A stretch of 64,000 nt of DNA from contig JAQGDQ010000803.1 in the NCBI GenBank assembly GCA_030141605.1, forward strand, positions 1 to 64,000, given 5' to 3'. The stretch is from Tubiluchus corallicola. Lineage: Eukaryota; Animalia; Priapulida. Both the position numbers and the translations under genes were made by a program. The notes below the pieces were generated by a model. The model was given only the letters and a program-made list of their open reading frames with translations, had not been told where the DNA came from and did not search any database. Below are positions 1-13,000 of this stretch, piece after piece; position 1 is the first letter of the stretch, and each line of letters begins with the position of its first letter.

Positions 1-99
1 TTTAACATTAACAGTTAACATACATGAGTCACATATATATGATTTTACAGGAAAGCAAAATGATTTTTCGTATACTACCCCCCCCCCCCCCACATTGAA

Positions 100-878
100 G
101 TACTGTAAAAATTATACACTTTAACACATATCATACTGGCAAAGTGATTCTGATAATTAAATAATGGGTTAAAAGATTAACTAAAAAAACGTGAAACCAA
201 TGGGAGAGTCACACATAATAATTCACACGATATGTTAGCGCATGTTTTGCTACTTCTGCAACACTTATGTGACAAAACGAATGTTGAACGACATCGGTGC
301 GACTATATGGAATAATGGTGATCATTTCACGATCATTCAACAGGATTTTCAATATTGCCAAAATATTAAAAACTAGTCGCAAAGTTCTTGCAGCATTGTC
401 AAAATTGTCTCAACATGTTTTCCAAGTTTTCGCAAATTTTGAAATTGTTGACAAACATCGCAAATAATTGGAAACACATTTACAAATTTTTGGTGCAGGT
501 TCAGACAACTTTACAACAGTTCGGAGAAGTTTGGCAAGGTGGCGAGTGTCGCGACTTCTGCGGCATACTTTAAACACTTTAAATTTTTTGCCGAAGCCAG
601 CGACCGATTTCACCACAAATGTGTGCTACGTCACAAATGAACTGAAAGGTACGATGCCTGTTTTTATGCAATCTGGTTCTGAGTTGCAGGCACTGTGTCC
701 ATCTAACTAACAAATGGCGAAGTGCACGCAACAGAACACGAATGTGAACTTAAATTTCCCTGGTAATAATTCTTTCACGTTACTCTCCCTTAAAAAACAA
801 TTATGTTCTCTTTCAATATTTTACACATTATAGATTATTTTGAGCTTCAGTTAAAAATTGGGTCCTGTTCCCCTTTAA
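100..878. mobile_element. Dispersed non-autonomous DNA element (TTAA-GG end, Kolobok-like); related copies at 1640-2265, 12400-13245, 13770-14335
   Basis: Shared blocks GATGACATCACAAACTAACATAATTTTCAACAGC and GGTAATAATTCTTTCACGT; end GTTCCCCTTTAA. Confidence 0.55.
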
Positions 879-971
879 ACTGCCATATTTATACTGAACA
901 TAATCACGTAAGTCTACTAAAACTAATCACATTTTAAGACAAAAACTACCATTACAGACTGGTATTCTTAC

Positions 972-1067
972 TTTGCTGCCGTAAGCATGTCCAACATGGC
1001 CGGAACTAACTGACCACCGAGTGATAATCCCTGCATCACTAGGCAAATTATAACAACCCACAACTGC
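972..1067 (-). CDS. SLC18B1: SLC18B1 exon (TM10)
   Basis: QLWVVIICLVMQGLSLGGQLVPAMLDMLTAA, 96 nt, phase 2-2. Confidence 0.85.
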
Positions 1068-4000
1068 CTGGAAGGAAATAAGAAGAAAGATTTTTAACAA
1101 ATTTGCATTTATTATTATTAAAGTAACATCAGTAAGGTAATATAATCGCATAAGTTACAACAGGGGTGTGCAGACTGCGGCCCGCGAAGAGGTTTGTCAA
1201 CGTAATGAAAGTGCGGCCCACGCGATCCAGCTGAAGTCCGCGCCAATATCGCAAAGATAGTGCAGGTAGTTTTTTCCTCTAGATCGGATGGCATTAACCC
1301 TTACAAGACCGTTGTCACTTAATGTCACTGTCGGACCTGACGAAATATTTGGTTTTTAATATGAATTTTAATAATTTCTAAAATAGTTTTTTGAGTGTAG
1401 TATGCAGTAGTAATGATGTGCGCAAATCAGATGCAGAAAAATCGTTATAAGGTCCTACTGTACTTGGCTCCTTGATCTAACTGCATGCGGCCCACAGAAA
1501 TTGCGGGAATGTTTAATGTGGCCCGGTTAGTCAGATAATTTGCACACCCCTGAGTTACAAGATCAGATAGCCAATGCAGCTTCAAAAATATTTTTCCATG
1601 CCCATAATGAAGCTGTTATATTCTTCTCTGACATCCTCTTAACAATGTTGTGCCTGATCTTTTTTCATATTTTAACCCATTTTGTAGTATGATAAAATTG
1701 TACATTTCAAGATGTATAATACAATGTGGAAGCATTTCTTGTAATTAAAAACAGGTTAACTTAATTAATCTTAGGCGAGGCCAACTGGTGACGACATCAC
1801 AAACTAACATAATTTTCAACAGCAGAAACATTCCATGAGCGGGTTGCGTGAGTTTGTGAAAGCGAAAATTGAAGTACAGTGTTACTGCAAACCATTCAGT
1901 GTGATATATAAAAATTTGGAAAATTTTATGTTTAAAAACACTTAATTTAGAGTTTACCGCTGTGTTCACTGCGAGCTTTCAAACATTTGCACAACGTCAC
2001 AACTGAACACGTCTGAACAGAAAGGTACAGCACCCATTTTTTGTGCAATGAATTTGGAGATGCAAACGCTAGTACCCATCTAACTAACAAATGGTGAAAT
2101 GTATGTAACAGCAACAAGCTAACAACGCGAACGTGCTTATTGCCATATTGTGGTAATAATTCCTTCACGTAAGTCATTCTTGAAAAAACTAGTATGTTCC
2201 CTTTAAATATTTTATAGGATAGATTGTTTTGAGCTCTAGTTAAAGATTGGGTCCAGTTTTCCTTCAGAGAATGCAATTAATGCGCTGTAGAGATGGCGCT
2301 GTCATACTGTAAAAAAACTTAAATTTCCTCTGCTGGTGCAATGTCTTATTTCAGAAGATTATTTCCGATAACAAACTAGATACTGGTCTTACCACTACCA
2401 TTTAGCGCTACTACTAGGCCTGGCCATTGAGTGCTGGATGCTGCCTTGCACAGTGTAGAACTGTAGAAAACATACTAAAACGCGGTCAACGTGCAGAATC
2501 GGACTTTCAGAATTACGTCCAGATGGTGTGGATAAATGTCCACTTTCATGGTATTAAATCATTGGTATCAAAAAACAGCTTCCAAAGAAACTTAAAATAA
2601 CGATACTTGTATCTATTCCAAACTCATTAAAAGAGTCCAGACCTTGATATGAACTGGACTACATATCAAAAAGGGCGCCGCAAATCGCAACACAATTTCA
2701 CCGAGTACAAAGAATTTCTCACATGGCAAGAATCACACGAAGTTTTAAGAATATTGACTGAAAAACGATTTTCCGTTTAAGGAGTTAGTTCTTAAAATGC
2801 TTACTGTCCATCGATGTTGAAGATCGGCGAAGGACCAATGAAAACAAATGCCAGCATGTTGAATGTTGTGGCTATTGCCATGAGAACTTTGCACCGGCCC
2901 TGGCAAATACAAAAATACAAACAAAATTATTGCAAAATCATTCAAGAAGCAAATTACTGTGCTATAATGATTCTACACCAACACTAATTATAATATCTGC
3001 TACATTAAAACACTTTAACAAAACGCATAACAAACATTTTGCTTAATTGAATCTGGAAAACATCCGAAGCGTTCCTTGTATGTTTTGTCAGAAGATTAAG
3101 ATGCGTTCACATGTAGAGAGTTCTCTTGCAACTGGTTGCACGCGTTGTCAGAAGATTAAGATGCGTTCACATGTAGAGAGCTCTCTTGCAACTGGTTGCA
3201 CGTGTTGTCAGAAGATTAAGATGCGTTCACATGTAGAGAGCTCTCTTGCAACTGGTTGCACGCGTTGTCAGAAGATTAAGATGCGTTCACATGTAGAGAG
3301 CTCTCTTGCAACTGGTTGCACGTGTTGTCAGAAGATTAAGATGCGTTCACATGTAGAGAGCTCTCTTGCAACTGGTTGCACGCGTTGTCAGAAGATTAAG
3401 ATGCGTTCACATGTAGAGAGCTCTCTTGCAACTGGTTGCACGTGTTGTCAGAAGATTAAGATGCGTTCACATGTAGAGAGCTCTCTTGCAACTGGTTGCA
3501 CGCGTTGTCAGAGATTAAGATGCGTTCACATGTAGAGAGCTCTCTTGCAACTCGTTGCACGAGTTGTCAGAAGATTAAGATGCGTTCACATGTAGAGAGC
3601 TCTCTTGCAACTGGTTGCACAAGTTGTCAGAAGATTAAGATGCGTTCACATGTAGAGAGCTCTCTTGCAACTCGTTGCACGAGTTGTCAGAAGATTAAGA
3701 TGCGTTCACATGTAGAGAGCTCTCTTGCACCTGGTTGCACGAGTTGTCAGAAGATTAAGATGCGTTCACATGTAGAGAGCTCTCTTGCACCTGGTTGCAC
3801 GAGTTGTCAGAAGATTAAGATGCGTTCACATGTAGAAAGCTCTCTTGCAACTGGTTGCACGAGTTGTCAGAAGATTAAGATGCGTTCACACGTAGAGAGC
3901 TCTCTTGCAACTGGTTGCACAAGTTGTCAGAAGATTAAGATGCGTTCACATGTAGAGAGCTCTCTTGCAACTCGTTGCACGAGTTGTCAGAAGATTAAGA

Positions 4001-7000
4001 TGCGTTCACATGTAGAGAGCTCTCTTGCAACTGGTTGCACAAGTTGTCAGAAGATTAAGATGCGTTCACATGTAGAGAGCTCTCTTGCAACTGGTTGCAC
4101 GAGTTGTCAGAAGATTAAGATGCGTTCACATGTAGAGAGCTCTCTTGCAACTGGTTGCACGCCCTCTACATTTGAATGCGCCATCAGTCTTATAATGCAT
4201 TTATAAACGTAATATTTACCTTAGTATCGCCCACCCAGCCAAACGCAGGGGCTAACCCAGCATACAACGCTGATGGAACCAAGAAAATAAACCCAATTGT
4301 AGTAAAGGACAATCCAAACTGCAAAAATTGAAATTCAGTGTAAAAATGATTTTGTAAAGAAAACAAAATGTCATTTCACTAGGTGAAAACAAAAATCAAA
4401 ACGGCATAATTTTGATTTTTGAAAGAATACGTTCAAGACGTATTTGAAAAATTAAAACTTTTACAGTTAAAAAAACCACATAACTTTATTAAAATGTTTA
4501 CATTAAAAAGTTAAAATCATGGCAAATGTTTCGACAGGCTGTTGTTGTCATCATCAGCGGTAAATTTACAAACATACAACCAATTTATATATGCAGAGCC
4601 TATTATGCACTAATTAAGTAATTAACAGAAATCAAACAGGAAATGAATAAGCACACCAGTAAAGAAATTGATACAGTAACTTATGCACTAATTATGTATT
4701 TACAAAAGCCAAATAGGTAATGATTAAACAGACCTGAAGAAAAGAAATTGATATAGTAACAAATAGCTAAGTGTTGGAAAATAAAGTTTATGGAATTGAA
4801 TAGTTTTGTACATTAATAGGAAGGCTTATTACAAGTACAGTTTTTAACTAAAAATGTTTTTAAACGCCTTAAATTGACTTAAAAGATGGTTTGGAATGCA
4901 AGTCGGATGGTCAAATGGTGTGCCCGTTCACATAAATATTTTATTTATTTATTTATTAAATATATCCACAATGATCATTACAGCATTGTACATAAAAGTA
5001 TTTAATAACATATTTATTATTATGTGTACAAGATGCCAAGCCGCAAATGACCCGTGGGGTACTCAAGAAGTAATTACTTGTTTAGAGCACCCCAAATGAA
5101 TGTGGACTGAGTGTAATAGAAAAGAGCAGTAAAGGAGTAGAAAGAAAGGTTAATAGAAAATAGAAAGAAGAAGAAAGGTGTGATGGTATCTGTATGAAGT
5201 AACATGAACTATAGAAATGTAAAAATTGACATAACCAGCAACACAATGGATTACGACAGGGACAGCAGTGTAATTAATCAAATTGATTTATTCTGTATAA
5301 TTAGAAAATATTTCACTTTTAAAATTTCTTTTGAAGTTTGTGTACGAACACTAAGTATTATGATACCTAAGTGGGAATTTTTTACAAAAACAGATAGAGA
5401 TTTAAAATTAATTCGCTTTAAAGAATATGAATTATAACTAGTTTCATATAATTAATTAATTAAGTTATAGTCGGGTGGTAAAATTGAGCAGTTATAAATT
5501 GCATAGATTTTAGGTCGATGATTACCTACAATAACAAAACCAGATTAGCAGCATTAGCCCAATTCAAGAACTTATCAAGAACTCATTCTCTGATGAGTTT
5601 CAATTTGAAACTAACCACAGAATAGCTAGAAAACTGTAGAAATGTGAAGAAACATAGTCCTTTACTTGACTTTTTCATGCTGCAAATTTACGAAAGCGCA
5701 AATTTAGAAAATATTGTACGATTACCGCATTTTACGAAAACCACAATTGAAAGCTAAAGGCAAAAAGTGAACTGTCAATAAATGGGAAATTTTCTAGGCA
5801 TCGTAACGAAACCTGTAATAATTATTCCAGGTATTGTGTCTTGTTTCTCTTGGAAGGCTCGTAGAGAAAACCAGAAAAACTAGTTTATTAAGCGAGAATT
5901 CTACAACAGAAAAGTATGAAGGAACGCGAAATGATTACACTAAACGTGAAAATCTGGAAAACGTTTAAGTGTATCTGAAAATACAAGTATATAAGAGAAT
6001 GTGTAAGTGGCGTCAGCGTGAATAAGCGTGCATCTCTCTCAGTGGCCTGCTTTGCCTTATATAGCATGCCCGAGAAGCTTCCGGAAGTTTTGTTCCAGAA
6101 CATTCTACACGGTAAGATGATTATTTTAACGGAACATTCTACAATGTTCTATGCAATTCTAATAGACGCCAGCGACCTCCACAACACCAGGAAAAGTTAG
6201 GAAAGTGATGCACGGTTAGCTAAACTGCACACACAGACAGTAAATTAACTAAAATTAAAAATAATTGATACCATGGCAAGATAGAGAGCTAATGTCGCCT
6301 CGAGAAAACCCAGTGACAGAGCTCCTCCTACGACATTGGAAGTCGCAATCAAAACCGACGGGATCAGCAACATACTTATGAAATTCTGGGAGCCGCTTGA
6401 TTGAGCGTCTACAAAACACGGACAAGATCAATGACATTTTTGTGAAATTTTGGAAAACGTGGCTCGACTGGACATTTATAAAACACAGGATTAGTGACAT
6501 CTCCGTGAAATTTCTCCACTGAGCGCTTACAGAACATATTGATTATGACAAAAAGTATTAACAGAAAAATTTAAAAGTTGAATTAGCAACAGTACAATTT
6601 AAAGTAAGCAATTTAAGTACAAATTAACCATGAAAAGTACACGTGAGAAATTTGCACAGGTGTGTGCAATACAGGTACAGGTACTGTACACACGTTTAAA
6701 CTATAGAGTCCCACAAAAAGTATCAAAAAGTATATGCATTAATGGCAAAATCACATGTCTTAAACTGCCTGCATCTGCCTGATTATAAATGTAACTTTTA
6801 TTGCTTGTAAATTACAAGTACAGTTAAAATTGCATTAATTTCAAATGTATTTATTAGATGATAGTACAATTTGCTCCGTCTAGCTTAAGGTCAGATATTG
6901 TAGTTTTGCTAATCACAATTTGGCAGTAAGAACTTCTGTTACAAAAAAAAGCATATAAAGCATCACTCTTACCTAACCTATTAGGTAAACACACATAGTT

Positions 7001-10000
7001 GAAGAACGCACCGACGAACAGGAAAAAACCCATAACAGCGAACGGTAACACAAACCCACCAACCTGCAAAACACACGAGTAGCACAGAATGCTAACAAAA
7101 CCTGTAAGACACAAACTACTAAATCATAGCCACTACGGCAGCAGCAAGTACCGCACATCTGCGCATATTTCATGCCAGGAGGACACATTTTTTGCATCTG
7201 TTTGATATAGTTTATGTTTGCTATCCAAACTACAATTTTTCTTTTTCTACATTTTTTCCTCATTCTTTATAAACCAAATTTAACTTTTAACTTTGTGAAA
7301 ATATAGCAACTTAAAAACACAAAAATATGATACGAGATGTTGATGTGATTTGTTTTCGTTTACAGACAGGCTGAAAACTTCTTAGCTGCAAAATCGCGCG
7401 AAGAAAAGCGTAGACAAGAAGTACAAAGAAACAGAAAACGAAGAATTCGGAAATGTTACGGATGCAGAATCGAATACATGTAAAAAAGAACAGGAAAAAA
7501 GACACAGGAAAGCAGTAACAGGAAGAAAGAAACAACCCTAACCCTAACATTTTGAACAAACCGCGATTCTTTTACACATACATGTAACGCCATCATGTGT
7601 AAATAGTGTTGTCAATATATACTAGTCACGTACTGCCAATTATTAACTGATCTAAAATATCTTCTGTTTGATTACTTTAATTGTTTATGGTACTTAAATA
7701 GAATGTGACTGACTTGAATATTTTTATTTGATTACATGACTTTCTTTCCTAGCCAACATTGTGAGTTTTTTCTGTGACTTTTCCCCTGTGACTTCATTGT
7801 GAGTTTTTTCTGTGACTTTTCCCCCGTGACTTCATTGCGAGTTTTTTCTGTGACTTTTCCCCTGTGACTTCATTGTGAGTTTTTTCTGTGACTTTTCCCC
7901 TGTGACTTCATTGCGAGTTTTTTTCTGTGACTTTTCCCCTGTGACTTCATTGAGTTTTTTCTGTGAGTTTTCCCCTGTGACTTCATTGAGTTTTTTCTGT
8001 GAGTTTTCCCCTGTGACTTCATTGAGTTTTTTCTGTGAGTTTTCCCCTGTGACTTCATTGTGTTTTTTCTGTGAGTTTTCCCCTGTGACTTCAATGTGTT
8101 TTTTCTGTGACTTCATTGTGAGTTTTTTCTGTGACTTTTCTCCCCATGACTTCATTGTGAGTTTTTTCTGTGACTTTTCCCCTGTGACTTCATTGTGTTT
8201 TTTCTGTGACTTTTTCCCTGTGACTTCATTGAGTTTTTTCTGTGAGTTTTCCCCTGTGACTTCATTGTGTTTTTTCTGTGAGTTTTCCCCTGTGACTTCA
8301 TTGTGTTTTTTCTATGACTTCATTGTGAGTTTTTTCTGTGACTTTTCCCCCCATGACTTCATTGTGAGTTTTTTCTGTGACTTTTCCCCTGTGACTTCAT
8401 TGTGAGTTTTTTCTGTGACTTTTCCCCTGTGACTTCATTGTGAGTATTTTCTGTGACTTTTCCCCCCATGACTTCATTGTGAGTTTTTTCTGTGACTTTT
8501 CCCCCCACGACTTCATTGTGAGTTTTTTCTGTGACTTCATTACCTTGTCCATATAAACAATGTGTGTGCTTGCAAACCAAAGCCGTCCATAAATCGGCAT
8601 AGTTAAAACTACGTTATGATGGTTCAATGTAGAATGAACCAAAAATTTGCTCAATACAAACACTAAATATATTGGAGTTTTATATTCTAGCATCAAATTG
8701 TCAAGAAAATGTTCAAAAAATACTAAAAATCTAATCCCATACCCATTTCTCTGGGTAGAAACTAATAATGCAATTGTAAAAAAACTTGTATTTTCAATCT
8801 CCGACAGTAGCTCATGGCAGCAGTCATTTTGCTTTGAGTTTTTTCTGTTGCCAAACCCAAATCTTCATCAGGAAGAGCCATCCACTGGATTTAAACAGAA
8901 CTTCAATGTGTTTGCGATTGCCAAGTGTTTTGTAGAAACGGGACAAAAAACAATGGCTAACTTTAATAGTGATTTTCTCAAGGTTATGTTTTTCAGTGCA
9001 CGGCCTGCACCTCAGCTTCAATGTGGATTATCTCAGCTTAGAAATAACATAGAGCGATGAGTTTGGTATCAAAATAATTCTCATGAAATGGAGATTCCGA
9101 ATATGTGAATAACTAGAGAAGCTTGATTACCGACTTATAGATGTTTTTGTTATGCAGGCACACATATATCGCACGCCTCAGATGGGCAATGTAATAAAGT
9201 ACGATCAAACAGTCTGAAATATACAACCCAATCACCACATTAAATTAAGAGCAACGGTAACTGCCACCTCCCGGAGACAACCCGCAAGCAGAAACGGAAA
9301 AATGTTGCAGTCATCAAACCAAATTGACAACTTACCGATTCCGCTAGGCAACATACAATAGTTGACCACAGCAGCAATGAGGAGGCAGACTCCAACAACT
9401 GCAAATGGTACAGTGAAACCCCCTAACTGAAAGTAGGGAAAAGAAAATAGTGAAAGACAGAAAACAGGCAACTACGACAAGTTATTTCAGCTAGAAACCG
9501 GTGTCAGTAAGAACGTTTTTTAAAAGCGTAACACTGATGTCTATTAGTTAGAGCAGAATTCAGGAGTAAGATCTTATTAACGGTTTTCGTGGATTATTTT
9601 CAAGTTAGAAAACAGAAGCGAGAAGCATGCAAATAAAAAACTGCAATTTTTTACCTGATATAATGCTCCGCCAATTGGAGGACCGCACATCATTCCAACT
9701 CCAAAAAATGTCTCTAATATGCCCTGCAAAGTTGGAATAACGCATTAGTATGCGGTTAGAATTCATCGCTGAAAAAAGGAGAGTGATAACAGGTGTACAT
9801 TTATGGTTACATTAGCTGCTGGGCGTGTCCGTAGTTGGAAAAATCAAAACAAAAATGAAAATAAAAATGGAAGAATTTTGGTGTCAAATTGCTGTACCAC
9901 GTGTTTCATTATGATTAGCTAGAACCTTGCCTACTTCATTCTTCTTCTTCTCAAGCAAGATCCTGCTAGTAAATCACTCTACGCACAGACTAAAGCATAA

Positions 10001-13000
10001 TTAAGTAAAGTCCATGTAAAACAACTGAAGTCACTAAACTGACGAGGCAGACGGCTTTGCTTTACCCACATGTCATATGACGACTGTATTGTGATGCATT
10101 GCTGTCGTACTCTTAACCTTTGACCTGCAGCAACTGAGTGTGTGCACAACAAAACTGTGAAGAGGCTAATCGGGTTGGCTCTCTCACCTTGGAAATACAG
10201 TTTTAGAGAAGTTCAGGCACATGTTTATATCAGCCGATAACCAATTTATATGCTGCAAAATGATTACTTTGCAAGAAAACCAAGTGCATGCGAAGAGCTC
10301 ATTTTGACAATGAGCCATTAGGTGTATTCCGCAAGGTGATTTAATGACACTTAATGGCGACTATCCGAAAATTTCTAAGTCCAACACAGTCAATATTTTG
10401 GTAAGTTGGACTGTTTGACCGATGCAAAAGTCTTGGCTCTTTGAAACCCTGGCTTCAGAGGGAGAGCAGCACCTAAAACCCCTAGCTGATCAAGAATCAG
10501 GGATTTAACTGAATTTACGAACCGAAGTCAAAATTTATGAAACATGAAACAGCGAAATGAAACCGAAGCGAAACATTTTTGCAAAACCAACTACTAAAAT
10601 AAGTAAAATATTTTGTTTTTTGATTGTTCATTTTTCTGTGTTTTTTTGGATCAAAAAATTCTAATACAAAAAGCACAAAGAAGTTTTATAGTGTAGAACT
10701 TCAAGTTTGATGGAGTGGCTTCCCTTAGAAAATGTGGTATAATGTTTCTGGATTTAAGTATCCTTAACAATTAATGTTTAACGAACATAATGCTTCCTTA
10801 AAAATAAACAAATTTTATTTTGTAGATACTTTGTTGCCTATATTTCATAACTTCTAAAGCTAAACATGATTTTGCTCAAGGGCCTGGAGATTCTAAAACT
10901 TCACAGTGGTCAGCACTGAAGATACGCCACATTGCCGGTAAAAGCATGTCACGAACTGTTATGTAAACGAAATTTTCGCTTTATTGAACTAATTCAGCCA
11001 AGATTTTTCAGTGGTTTTTGGCATCTAGGAGAATCAAGGTAAATTGGGTAAATACTAGTAAAACGTCGGAAAAAATGAAATTTAATAAATTTGGCCGAAA
11101 TCGAAACTTAACCGAAAAAATTTTGTTTCAGTAACATCCCTGTCAAGAATGTTAACAGAAGTTTCTGAACTAGGAAGAAAAGTTCACACAACGCTGGTAT
11201 AAAACCAAGAGCGACTAGGTACCAACTACTTACGAATATAGTAGACAACTGGGCAGGAAACTCATTTGCAATGATGGCGTACGATGCCGTCGTAAACGCG
11301 TGCATTCCAGCAGCTTGGACAGACCTCACAATGAAGCACCAGGCGACGAAAGGCGTCCCATCAGGTACCAGATTTAACAACCTACAAAGTGCAAAAACCC
11401 TGGCAAAAATTGTCAAAATAAAAAAATTCTTTTTTGCATATTAATAATAAATTAATAAACGTGTACAATATATATATATATATATATAATAATCTTTATT
11501 TGCCATTAAAACATTGATAATCACTGATAAACACTTTACAGAGATAATCAATCAGTGTTAGTTAATAAAAACTTACACTGCTGAAGGCAAATACGTCAGT
11601 GCATCTAAACTACTGTGCAGTAATGACGAATAAAATCAAACATATTTACAACCATACACAAAAAAAAACAAACTAGGATTTAATTAATATGGCCGTGGAT
11701 ATATGAATTCTGAATTAGTGTGTATGTTGTCGTACTGGTGTGATGGTATTTCATATCTGGTTAATATTAGTGATTTTAATTTTGTTTTAAATGCTGATAG
11801 GGACTTGATTTGTTTAACCTGTAATGGTAGAGAATTCCAAAGTAAAATTGCTTGTTTGATTACAGAGTTCGTTCCATAGTGGGTATTTGTCCTAATTTGT
11901 TTTAGATTGCTTGTTCTGGAATTAACGATAGGATTTGGAACAAAGGTAAATCTGTTATTCTGTACGTTGTACAATGTACGTTCAAGTTCAAATTTACTTC
12001 GGCAGAATACATAATCATTACATCATCATAACAATAAATACTGAAAGTAAACAATAACTCTGGAAAAGACATGCATACATGTATTAATTTTTGATATATT
12101 ATATATATTATATTTTGATATATTAATTAATACTTAGTTTGCAGGCTTACCCAAATAAAAACGAACTACATCCACCCACAAAAATTCCTGTTATAAAGAC
12201 AAATTTGCAGCCCAGAAAAGCCATCTGCAACAAGCAAGTCAAGAGTTATAAAGTCACCACAAGATGTCAGGTAACTCGAGGGTCAAATCAAGATAAAATC
12301 TTTCATTTTAACAACTTCAGTGCAACTCTACTCTAACAGGGTAATTTTTCATATCCTGCCTAACTTTGAAGTATGGTAAAAAGTATGTCTTTTAACACCT
12401 ATAATAATGTAGAAACATTTTTGATAATTAAATAATAGGTTAAAAACTTAATGAAGCGTGGGAGAGCCCAACTATTAATGACATCAAACTGCAAATAATT
12501 TTCAACAGCAAAAACATTCCATGAGTGTGAGTTAAAGTTAAAGGAAGAGAGGATGATTTTTCATATACTACCCCATTTCCAAGTCCAATAAAAAGTATAC
12601 ATCTTAACACAGTTAATACTACAAAAGCATTTCTGATAGTAAAATAATAGATGAAAAACTTAATTAACGGCAGGCGATCCCAACTAGTGATGACATCACA
12701 AACTAACATAATTTTCAATAGCAAAAATATTCTGCGAGCGTGTTGCACGCGTTTGCGAAAGCAAAAATTGAAGTACAGTGCTACTGTACAACATTCAGCA
12801 TGGTAGAGAAGAAACTCGGCAGATTATACGATTAAAATTCAAATTTCAAGTTTACCACTTTGTTCATTGATGACATCAACAACTACTGATGAGACATCAC
12901 AACTGAACAGTATTTTCAACAGCACAAACATTTCACGAGTGTGACAAGTTTACTGCTGCGTTCTCGCACGAGCTCTATCGAACGCGTGACTACATCACAA

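Noticed and set aside
2393-2460. Candidate extra SLC18B1 exon (CTACAG...GTAAG on minus strand)
   Set aside because: 68 nt would shift the frame, it shows no transporter similarity, and the flanking exons already join in phase; at most a cryptic or poison exon.
3047-4206. Cys-rich repetitive ORFs (CQKIKMRSHVESSLATGCT)
   Set aside because: Translation of a 60-bp intronic satellite on the strand opposite SLC18B1, broken by a frameshift and with no splice support.
5590-5612. CTGATGAGTTTCAATTTGAAAC as a hammerhead
   Set aside because: The GAAA is used up in the stem and no core or stems I/III can be formed.
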